Part shown: piece by piece, positions 48,267 to 58,854 of the stretch | Layout: every line of letters begins with the position of its first letter | Numbering within the stretch: position 1 is the stretch's first letter | DNA from: Elsinoe ampelina | Taxonomy: Eukaryota | Length of the DNA stretch: 64,000 bases | Assembly (NCBI GenBank): GCA_010093995.1 | Contig: ML992504.1 | Location: 1,663,394 to 1,727,393 of the forward strand | Direction of reading: 5' to 3' | The notes under the pieces: generated by a model | Databases searched by the model: none | What the model saw: the letters and a program-made list of their open reading frames with translations, nothing else | Told to the model about the DNA's origin: nothing | Made by a program: the position numbers and the translations under genes

Positions 48267-50411
48267 TCAGAAATCCGTGTACAATCTCGTCATTCCAGGG
48301 CGGGACTCATCAACGCTCTTGACTTTACGGTGACCGCTCGGGCCTCTTCTATTCGTGGACACAGTCTTGCTCGGTAACGCAGGTGGCATCATGACTACAC
48401 CGTTTCCTTCCCAGAGTCCAGGGGCGTTATCTCCGAGAATGACAATCTCAATCTTCTCTCCTCCTGGGTAAGCAGGCGGTAACGATATCTTACGTTTTGT
48501 CGTTTTGGTAGAGACAGAGGAGGATGTCGAGCTGGATTTCGTATGACGAGGTTTACGTAATTTGGGTGATGTCTTCTCTGCTGGCACCGCTTTTGTAGAA
48601 GGTACAACCGGCATCCAATTGGGGTGCTGTGCGTTGAGAGATGAAGTCCGAGGTGGATACTGCGGCTGACTAGCAGACTGTGCTCTCCTGTGTGTCCGTC
48701 CAGACTCATCGTTCATCTGCTGTCGTATTGACGGTGGAAGCTGGTCGAAAGGTACTGGCTCAGCAAGATCGTTCGAATGTACCCGTCGATGCGAGCTGCG
48801 AGTTTGTGATCTTACTTGGTCCCTCGAAGACCTCCCAAAATCTGACGGCGATGACGTTCGATTGGAAGGTTGCTGCAGCTGGTCGGAGAGAGCAAGACCA
48901 GCCAGGTCATTCAATTGACCTGGCCGGCGCGTGTCGTGATGTCGTGATCGTTCTTCCTCCCACGCAAGTCTGACAGGAGCCGGTGATGGAGCCAGAGGAT
49001 CAGAAGGCCGTCGGGGTCGGACAGGTATTTGCCTACCAGTGTCGTATTTCGTGTCACGCCCAGATCTTGTGAGTATAGAATCACTCCCGCCATGTGCACG
49101 CCGGGTGTGACCCTTGTGACCAGATTGAGAGCTAGCTGGGAAGAGCGAGAGTTGAGCAGAAGAAGTGGCTGGCTGATGCGTGTGTCGATGTTGTGTAGTA
49201 CTATGTAACTGCCTCGTCCCATTTTGTAAAGCAAAATCGCGGATAGAAATTTCAGAACTTTTGGTATCTTCGTAATGCGATCGAGACGGCCGTGAGGCGA
49301 CGTCATGACCACTTGTGAGAGCCTGCATTGTAGGTGAATGTAGGCTGTGACCCTTTGCCGGGGGCGCGTTACTGTTGGATGAATTAGTACGGCTATGACC
49401 ATGTTGATGGTGACCACTGTGATTGCGATTGTGGCGGTGGCTTCGACGCACGTAGTCTGATGTGTTCTTGTTCACACTTCTTACCGCCCCAGTCTCCGCC
49501 CTCTCTTGCGCCTCCTTCATGATCCAGACACCACCGCTTGTGCCCAGTCGTGTCGCTCCGGCTTCCAGCATCTTTATGGCGTCCTCCAATGTCCGGATGC
49601 CTCCTGAGGCTTTGACTTGCATTTTGTGGACAAGAGTCTTCGTGGTAGGCGGTCCATTCTCGTCAATGGGTGTCGCTGGAGCCTCGACGGCGACGCCAGC
49701 TTCTGTGACCAGAGCTTTGTATTCTGCCAGCAGACCATTGCCTGCCCAACCTCCTACTGCTGCCTCCCCCAGTACTTCACAGCAAGCACTCATGAGCCTG
49801 ACGTGCTCAACAGTCGCGCCATGTCCGAGAAAGCCAGTGCTGGTCTTGATAAAATCGAAAGAAGCTGCTCGGGCAAGCACAGCGGCGGCAATGATCTGAG
49901 AATCGTCCAATTGACTCGTCTCCAGGATGAGCTTGAGAAGAACTGGATGTGGGGCCACACTTCGAATAGCTGCCAGCTCAGTGTAGACCTTTCCGTACTC
50001 CTTGGCGAGGAGATGTGTTCGATTGAGTACCACGTCCAGCTCAGTCGCACCATGAGATACCGCGTGTCTTGTCTCGGCCATCTTTTCTGACAGGTCGTTC
50101 TCGCCGGTATGGAAGCCCACCACCACCGCGACCTTTACAATTGTGCCCTTGACATTGTTGACGGCTTGTTGTGTGTAGTTTGGTCGCACGCAGACAGAGG
50201 CGAAGCCTGATACTCTAGCTTCACTGCAGATCTCATCGATCTGGGCCTTGGTTGCGTCGAGCTTGAGGAGGGTATGGTCGATGGTCTGAGCAAATGCTGG
50301 ACTGTCGAATGCTGGAACTGCCTTTGCAATCTGGGAGACTGCAGGCTTGACGACATTTTCGGTGGCTGCAATGATAGACGACCATTCCTGGTCAGTATAT
50401 CTGGTCGTCAT
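48267..50411 (-). CDS. deoC: Deoxyribose-phosphate aldolase (DERA) with a ~400-aa low-complexity C-terminal extension in the unspliced frame
   Basis: IDHTLLK, ASVCVRP, VVGFH, GATELDVV, LKLILET, FIKTSTGF, VKASGGIRT, GATRLGTS. Confidence 0.93.
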   Translation of the reverse strand: MTTRYTDQEWSSIIAATENVVKPAVSQIAKAVPAFDSPAFAQTIDHTLLKLDATKAQIDEICSEARVSGFASVCVRPNYTQQAVNNVKGTIVKVAVVVGFHTGENDLSEKMAETRHAVSHGATELDVVLNRTHLLAKEYGKVYTELAAIRSVAPHPVLLKLILETSQLDDSQIIAAAVLARAASFDFIKTSTGFLGHGATVEHVRLMSACCEVLGEAAVGGWAGNGLLAEYKALVTEAGVAVEAPATPIDENGPPTTKTLVHKMQVKASGGIRTLEDAIKMLEAGATRLGTSGGVWIMKEAQERAETGAVRSVNKNTSDYVRRSHRHNRNHSGHHQHGHSRTNSSNSNAPPAKGHSLHSPTMQALTSGHDVASRPSRSHYEDTKSSEISIRDFALQNGTRQLHSTTQHRHTHQPATSSAQLSLFPASSQSGHKGHTRRAHGGSDSILTRSGRDTKYDTGRQIPVRPRRPSDPLAPSPAPVRLAWEEERSRHHDTRRPGQLNDLAGLALSDQLQQPSNRTSSPSDFGRSSRDQVRSQTRSSHRRVHSNDLAEPVPFDQLPPSIRQQMNDESGRTHRRAQSASQPQYPPRTSSLNAQHPNWMPVVPSTKAVPAEKTSPKLRKPRHTKSSSTSSSVSTKTTKRKISLPPAYPGGEKIEIVILGDNAPGLWEGNGVVMMPPALPSKTVSTNRRGPSGHRKVKSVDESRPGMTRLYTDF

Positions 50412-51632
50412 GTTTGATGTCGTCTGTCCTAGCCGTCCAGATACTTTCGAGGTACTCTGCTAAATTTCTATGCTTCTGGTGACGGCTGCGATCTACCCCG
50501 ACCGTTCGACCGTTGTAGAACCCTGTGTTTCGGATCAAGGTGTGTATGTCATAGCAGCCTACCTTGAATCAATGTCCTACAGGAGAAGAAAGAGTCCGTT
50601 ACAGGGGGAATGGAAATACTCCTGCCGCCGGGTGACGACAGAAACGCAAACAAATGCAAGTGCCGCGCCCTGACCACGCGACATGGTCGCCCAGAGAAGC
50701 ACGTCAAAAGCGAGGGGAACCCTCCTTTCTTGGGCACCAGAAGTCATGTTGTGATCGAATGTGGCAAAGTAGAGCTCTAGGCTCATTCGACTTGTATGGG
50801 CAGGCAGGCAGTAGCTCGTGCGGGCGGAGCGGCTATCGACCTAGTCTACCATGTGGAGCTGTTCTTGGTTCCGCAGAGATCGAATTGTCAATGCGTAATC
50901 AAGCAAAGTCGGTCATTACAACGCCGAAAGAAGGACCGTGGAAGGATATGTCACAGATACCATGCGTGGTACGATTATGCATGAGATCGAGATAAAGTGT
51001 CGAGGTCGACGTAGGGACTGCACTTCTGACAATTTCAGGAAGGTCCATCAAAGCGAGGTGAAACCATACAATCCTGCGTGCACGACTCGTTGGCGAAAAG
51101 GCAGTCTGGCCTCATCAAGCTCTCATCGGCGAGATGCGACCGACAATGACAGTCCAGCAGGCGAGATGCGAGGTAGAAGCACGTAAGATCATGAAACATA
51201 TTCACGTAGAACTGAAACAGGTTGCTTTGACTTTGCTTTGATAGACGCCTTTCTATGCTCGGTAGGTATCCTTGACAGCATCATCCACGAGATCATCATC
51301 TGTGTAGCCGTCTCTCCTCCACAGCTTTCTTTAATGAAATATCCCACGTTGATCACCAGATCAAACTCGACACGCAAAGACACTCCCCCAAAACGAACGA
51401 AGAGTGCCAGGAAATGCGATGCCAGCTGGGATATCCGGAACCCCCGTCTCGTCTTCCGTACTGTACAGTTGACTTTTCGAGCTCCCTCTTCTATCCTCTC
51501 GCATCGCAGCGCAAAATGCAAAGTATCCGCAATGCCCATGTGTCGTGCCACATCACTTGTGATCTGTCTCAGACCGGCTGCCGGGTGGCGAACTGTCCAG
51601 ACGATCACTCCATCATCCTCGACATGAATTGT

Positions 51633-52123
51633 CTACTTTCTCCTGAATGAGCAGCCTTCAGTGAGTCTGGCTTTGCCACCAGTAGGCTGGCAGAGGACCT
51701 GAGAGCAGCCTGCGCACACAACGACGGTTTGGGCGTGTGAGAAGACAGTGGTGATGGTGAAGCAGCCGGGGCACTTGACGTCCATGAAGAATGAGCGGGG
51801 AGCTGGGACAAGAGTCTGGAGCAAGCGTTAGATGCTGCAAGGGAAGTTTTGTGGCAGGTGAGTGGCGGTCTGCATACCTTCAGCTTGTGCTTCTTGAGCT
51901 CCGCCTGGGGAGTGGGGTTGAGGAGATCGACGGCGAGAACCTGAAGATAAAATGTCAGCATAACGCTCTAGGGCAGTGAACGATCCGCTGGTAGTCATGC
52001 GAGTCCATATCAAGGTTGTGTTGCAGTCCTGCCTCTTGTGACCTTCACCCATTGACGATTCTGCAGCGCTTCCGAGATCTGAACCCCGCTCGACTTGACG
52101 GCGTATTCGAGGCCACTCACCAT
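51633..52123 (-). CDS. RPS27: 40S ribosomal protein eS27 (3 exons; first exon is ATG only)
   Basis: [51 protein letters not shown]...GCSFRRK. Confidence 0.98.
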
Positions 52124-52739
52124 CTTGTCTGATCAGTGATGGATTATCGAAAAGGTATCTGAGTCGATGGTATTGGTTTGGTGACTTTCGAGATGACTTT
52201 TGATGCGGCGAAGACGGTTCTCGTTCGTGCAGATTTGAAAGAATCGAGGTCGCTGTGGAGATGGCAAAAAGGACTGTGTGGCCTTGGCGAAAAGATTGAA
52301 AGTGGAGGTCCGAGCGCCAGATGGCACGTGCCATCTGAGACTGTCGCCTTGCGACTTTTTACTCACACACTCAATTGTACGACCACAAACATATGACACA
52401 CATCCCATTTCAAGACTTATGCCAGCCTGGTAATATGATTGGACCACGCGATACTGTCGAAGGTTTCAATTCATCCAAGTACAACCGCTGGCCAATATAA
52501 GCTACTCTGCAGCGACTAGTGAAAATATCAACGAAACCGAGAATAGTGATATCGTACAATCAGACGCATCGCAATGTCATACTTCGTGAACCATGAGTGA
52601 GTCGACTTCAGGGGGGAACAGCACGTCGTCCTGCTTTCCTCAGTCGTCTGTCTCGGGTTCTGGTTCCAGTGGTCGTTTTCGTTTCTCACCTCGCGATGGT
52701 GCTGCCCGCCCTGCCATTCTAGTGCCCAATGGATTGTAC

Positions 52740-54722
52740 TCAAGCGGTTGGAAAGTTTCCTCTGATTGCAAGAAGTGCGATGGATTTGATTGTGCACTGG
52801 ACATTGTCAGTCTCTCGACATAAAAAGCTTCTGCACCAAGCGCACCTAGACCTCAAACAGGCTGCCCCTATGGGCCGTACGTTTGTCGGATCCCTGTGCT
52901 GCGCCATGTGATTCTGGTACTTCAGATGATGGCTAGTGAGCCGGATCTGAAGTGTACCGGGACCATCATGAGATGAGGTACTCGACTCAACAGTTGGCGT
53001 CTCCTCAGCCTGCACCATCTCTGGTTCCTCATAAGGAGCTGCAGCTGGTATCGCTTGTGCATCCGGCAGCGTCCCTATGCCATCGGGCAAGGAGCCGTGA
53101 AGTTCGGTTCCGGACGTCGACGCCGCAAGGTGCGACTCGATGTGGCCATAATTGTTGTAATCCGGCATCAGGTCCACCAGACTATTTTGTGAATCAATTA
53201 TGTAATCTATCCCCTGGTTTGAGCTATGCTCTGTGCAAGATTGCGGAACATAGGAGTTGGGAAGCATCCCCCCCGGAGTACCGAGAAACTCAACGTTGCT
53301 TGCAAATTGAGGCTGTAAGTTGCCCTGCTGATAGAAGGTGTCGATTGGAGTTGGCAGTGCTGGCTGGCTTGAAAACGAACCAGCTCTTGGCCATCCGTTG
53401 AAGTGATATGGCTCCAAGTCGGCCAGCTGGGGATCGTCCCCAGGTTGTACGGGAAGCCATTGCGGGTACAGCACGTGGTAATGGTTCCTGGGATGCTCAG
53501 CGTCGTCCATGTTTTGAGATTACGGGGATACTTACCCATCACACGCGAGACTAATGATTGGCATGGTCAATGATTCCAACCCTGTCGGGCCGTTGTAGTT
53601 CATCATTGGGCGGTCAGTAACATCCACCACATGAATGCAGATTTTGAGCATGTCTGCGAGGGCTTTGAGACCGACAGCATCGATGGCTTCGACTCGGTCG
53701 ATCCTGGGTGCCTCCGCACTTCCTTGTACGAGACCTTGGTTCCCATATCGCTGACGATTTTGGCTGATGAAACAAGACAGCATGGTCTTGAACCTCGTTA
53801 GAAGTAAATCAGCACTGAAAAGAGGATGGCGTACCTCGAAATAGCCCAAGATCAGAGTGACTTGTCGGTCATCATTGAACAGACGCATCAATGCAGGCTC
53901 TGTGTCCCGAATGCTAGTTTCAGAAGCAGTACTAGAATTACGGCGGATGGCCTTGAGAATTTCGGAAGTAGCGCTGCGATACTCTCTGAATCGCGGTGTA
54001 TTGAACAGGCCGGCCTTGTAGACATCCCGCTCTCGATCACGGATGTTCATCCACACGAGATCAACTTGTTGGTAGTCAAGTGTTTCTGCGACATGCTCGA
54101 AATATCGGAAGAGACAAGCTGAACAATGGTAAGTGGCTGTATTGACACTTGCTTCATTTCCGTACCGAACAGTGCCCTGTCGCCGACTCCATGGCAGCGA
54201 CGACGATCCTGTGAATGGTCAGGAGCAAGAAGAGCAGTGTGTCAAACATGACTAACCGCACTTGTGATGCCCAAGATTTCCAGGTTGTTGTGGAAGGGTT
54301 GCTTTCGATCGATAAAACCATGCTGATGAAATTAGTAATATGTTCAAGAACGAAAGCATGGCATCTCCGAAATGGAGATGAAGTAGTCAGTAATTAGAGT
54401 TCAGGGTAATACGGCATGAAGTCTAAACATGCTTTCTTTCACTTACCTGCCATGTTCCATTTTCAGCCTGATTCGAAAGGGAAGTGGTTTTGAATTGCTC
54501 TTGCATTCCGTCCATTGGAAAGGGTCGAGTGTGAGGATCGTAGGAATAGCGAATATGTTGGACAGATTGGTGTCGATTGAAGGGCTGCTGTGTCGTATAT
54601 GACGACGGAGCAGTTCGGCAAGAAGAAGCGCCATGACCAGGATAATACCACGTCGGCTGAGCGCTCGATCCATTGTAATTTGACGGCGTGTCGAAAAAGT
54701 ACGTTGGCTGCATTTGCTGCAT
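52740..54722 (-). CDS. Divergent otubain (peptidase C65/OTU)-like protein lacking the catalytic Cys (about 6 exons)
   Basis: Spliced RRCHGVGDRALFA|CLFRYFE, LMRLFND, AIDAVGLKALADML, PIISLACDG|NHYHVLYP; five GT-AG introns keep one frame. Confidence 0.72.
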
Positions 54723-55860
54723 ATTTTTGCGCTCCCCGATGCAGTAGCTCCGCTTGGCGTGGTTGAGGTACCTGAACAAGCGTATAGTCGTATCTGATCT
54801 GCAAAGGTAGTATGATGAGACTCGACAGTGATTGCCAATAAGCAGGAAAAGCAGGCAGAAGGTTGACCGACCGTTGTGACTCGTCGATGAGTCCTCGCTG
54901 CATGGCGGACCCGAGAGATTGGAAGCAGGCGATGCTCGGTAGATAAGTGGCATACGTCCAGCACCGAGGGCATCATGACACTGAAACAGAGACAAAGGGG
55001 ACCATGAGATCAAGGTCCGTGTGGTTGCAACCAAGGGGTCAAGATGGTACCGAGGGAGTGGTTGGATCTCTCGATCGAAGCAATCGACTGGACAGTGAAA
55101 TCGACTGGATATCCTCTTCACTGAGACCGGAGACTAGCGTTACATCGTGGGAGGGTTGGGACGAGATTTGTGTTATGGTATGACAGGCGAATCCAGGCGC
55201 TGACAGCGCCGAGGGAAAGAATTGACAGATGATGACTTTGTGCTACAGTAGAAGAAGGGAGGTGGATCATGAAGGCTGGCTAGCAAGTGAGTGACAAAGT
55301 CTGTTCAAGTTGTAGATACTACTAGCAAAGAACGTTAGATGCTCCCCGAGAGTAGTAAATGTCTTGATTGGTATCCCGACACAGTGGACCAGCTGAATGT
55401 GCAGCGCTTGTCGCTTCCAAGGTGCATGGGCAATGGCCGAGTATCGGATCTGGTCTGCCGCTGCTGGCGCCATCCATCGTGTGGCAGGCCGCCATTGTCG
55501 GTATCCACTCGACTGCCGACGCGGCCCTCCAATGACGAGTGATGCAGCTAGGTATCATGCCTGGTTGTCCGTCTGTAACACGACCGCCAAGCGGATGTGG
55601 TGCGCGTGCCGTCAGAACTCCTCCCGTGACACTCTTTCACTGTCCTGCCATTCATTTGAAATGGCTCTATTCTTCAGCAAATCATTTTCTTTGCGTTATC
55701 ATATCTGTCGTGAGTGTGCTGCGATGTTTGGTCTTAGACACCCACTGCGATGAGTGGATTGCCCCGAGGAAAACCGATGGTAGCACAAGACCCCGCTCCT
55801 AGACAAGGATCTCAAAGATTTGATGCGAATTTTGTCGTTAATCCCATGCAGCCACTCCGG

Positions 55861-57512
55861 TCAACGAACAAGCCCAATCCCAGCGGAACGGTGCGGTTTC
55901 CTCCGGAGTGGAGGTCCTGCCCGTCCTGCAGATGGAAAAATTGATCCTGGATGGGATGCGCTGTCTTCTCCACGGAAAGAATCCCCGTCAGCGAGGACAA
56001 AGCTTGCCAAGGAGCGGATGGCTGTGGTCCACTCCGCGACGGCGCGAGTACGATCCTTGTCGGCGCTGCTTTCGATCTCAACAGTGCCAGCGTCCTGGTT
56101 GATCTTCCCGCGTAATTGCTTGTCCATGATGAGAAAGCCGACGATTTCCTGCACCTCGTGGGCGGAAATTTTTAGCTGCTTCGCAACGAATGACAACCTG
56201 AACCTGGTGTATGGAGCCACTAGTTTGAGCACGGCCTTGGTCCGCATGTTTCTTGTGACTTCGTCGATGTTCTCGGCGATGAAGGAGTCGGAAAGGAGAT
56301 CCTGGTTTTTTTGCAGAATGTTCTCGTATCGATGAATGTCGTCTCTCTGATACGCATCGACAAGTTCAGTCATTGCCGCGATACGTGGATCGTTCCTGTA
56401 GGGCTTCGTTTCTTGAGAGTCGAAAGGGTTGATGTCCGATTTCATCAGCATAGTCGTCAATACCAGATACTTGAGAACCTGGATACGCTGTAGTGATCCA
56501 GCCTCATCGTAGAGGCTGAATGATTGGAAGAAATCGCTCTGTGCCTCCTTCCAATTCTCTGGTACGATGTAAGCAAGGGACTGAGCAGCAAAACCGGGTC
56601 ACCTGCCTTCGCTCATATGCATCTTGCCGCCGCATTCTCGGATAATCCCCATAATCTTTGGATGTGGGACCGCGGAGCGAACCTTGAGCGCTCTTTGATA
56701 CAATGCCTAAATCATGGTGAGACATGTCAAAGATGGAGGGATCGTATTCGCATACCTTCAGCCGCTTGTTGTTTCTTGTCTCGGCATACATCAGGATTTC
56801 CAAGGCGTAGACCTCCAGCGAATAAGTGCCCTTACTCGGATCATCCGAGCCGTCCTCCCTTTGGCAAGCTTTGTGCAGCTCTCGGACTTTGTCTGTCAAC
56901 CTTCGGTAGTCTTTCTGGTCCAACCATAGTCTCGCAAGCTTCGTATTAGTCTTGAGCCAGAGTCTTTCGTTGTTTGTGCTTTGGAATGATTCCAGCGTCC
57001 TAGAATAGAACTGCTCCATGCACTTGTTTGCCTCGTCATTCTCGGCGTTCTTTTCGATAAAGTCCAGCATGTTGTTGATAGACTTTTCGGAATAGTTGCG
57101 GGTGACGGCCGACTTGACATAGGTGAGTAGCTCTTGGTAATGTTCCACAGCCTGCAATTGTCAGTCGAAGTGGGTATGGGTGTACTTGTCCTCGCCTACC
57201 TTTTCATATCTGCCAAGCTTGAATTCCAGTTTGATGGCCTGCTTCAAGCCCTTGAAACCCCAGTCCCCCTTTTCCGGTTCGAGAGCAGGGACGCCCAGGA
57301 ATTCATCAATCGCTTCCTCCGGGTTGTCGGCCTTCATCTGCTTGGCGTTGTAGTACTTGTTCTCGATATCGACATCTCCGCCTTGGTCCTCATCTTCGTC
57401 CTCGTATTCGAAATCGTAGCTTGAATCACGTCAGCTGAGTAGCGAGACTAGGTATAGAAGCTACCTACTCCTCTTGCTCCGAATCCTGCATAAAATCATC
57501 GTCGTCAGACAT
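55861..57512 (-). CDS. CSN2: COP9 signalosome subunit 2 (PCI domain), multi-exon
   Basis: [73 protein letters not shown]. Confidence 0.96.
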
Positions 57513-57812
57513 GCTGAAGCTCTGTATTCACAGATCAGGGCAGAGGTCGCAACAGGTGTGGGTGGTAGTTGGGAGAGATGGTGAGGTGAAGCTGAATCGC
57601 AAGGTATGCGGCCAAAGTGCGAGAGTTCAGAAGCTGCGAAGACGCGGCACTGCTGCAAAAATGACCAAGTCTCACGTGTGATTGAACTCTTGATGATGAG
57701 AAACATGAAGCCGCGGGCGAAGCTGTTATCGGCATGTCGGACTTAACGAAGCGGCCTGTCCCGCTTTTTATTCTTGTGCCCAAAAATCGCGGGATAAGCT
57801 TGGCATTTTAGA

Positions 57813-58854
57813 TAGCTGCACCCACCAAAATCCACCAATATTAGCCTATTTCGTGAATTACTTATCCATCTCGTATCTATTTAAAGCCAAACTGGTCTAT
57901 ACTATTAATCTATCTTAGAGACTAAGTTAGGCATCTATCTAGCGTAAACTAGACTCTATCTAGAACACAAACTAGATACAAGCTAGATTAACACCTTATA
58001 GCGCCGAGACTATCTTAGCTATCTATCTAAGATTAATACAATCTCTAAGCCTTTTTCGAGGATAGAAGAATAATAGATAGTATATATAGGCTTATATCTT
58101 ACCTCTTATATAGTACTATTAGCTATTAGTGCAAAAATTAGTATAATACTAGCTATATTAAGCTTCTAATAGCTCTCTAAGATAGAGGTTAGCTAAAGAC
58201 CCTTACTAATAAGATACTTAATAATCTTAAGTAGCTTATAGTAGATAAGCCTAATATATACTTAGATAAGTATATAGAGTACCTTAAGCTTAAATAGGGA
58301 GTATTAGTATTATAATCTACTATTAGTTATAGCCTTCTTTCTCGAGATTTACTACTTAAGGTAATAGGTTAGATTACTAGCTAGAGGGACAAGGAATTAT
58401 ATAGTACTTAGTATAAGAACATTAAGCACTATTAGAGTAACTAGCTTGTCTTTATTAATAAGGCTATAGTAAGTAAAAGGTGCTTAATAAGGCGCCGAGG
58501 TTATACTATACAAGGTACACTAGTAGCGGATTAGATAGACTAGTATATTAGTAAGTACTTCTTAGTACTTCTAGCTATTACTAAAGAGAGGTAGTTAAAG
58601 AATCCTATAGTCTTCTAAGGCTTAATTACTACTAAGATCTTTAAAGATTAGTTTTACGATTAGTTTTAGAACTACCTAATACTATAGTATATACCTTTTC
58701 TAGGCCTATAGTTAGTAGTAGTATTAGATAATTACTTAATTTATTAGCGTAAAGTAAGTAAAATCTAATATAAGTAAGTACTAAGCTAATACTTTAGGTA
58801 CTTATATATATTACTTATAGTTATAGGGTTACTATTATCTTTCTACTAGCCTAC
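57813..58854 (+). mobile_element. Left part of a third RIP-mutated Tc1/IS630-like transposon (element C), cut off within the catalytic domain; left boundary approximate
   Basis: De-RIP QLVFIDEA, VVVLDNCSIH, intron 58754-58797, then ...IIFLPAY ending at 58854 without the expected SPDFNPIE. Confidence 0.8.
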
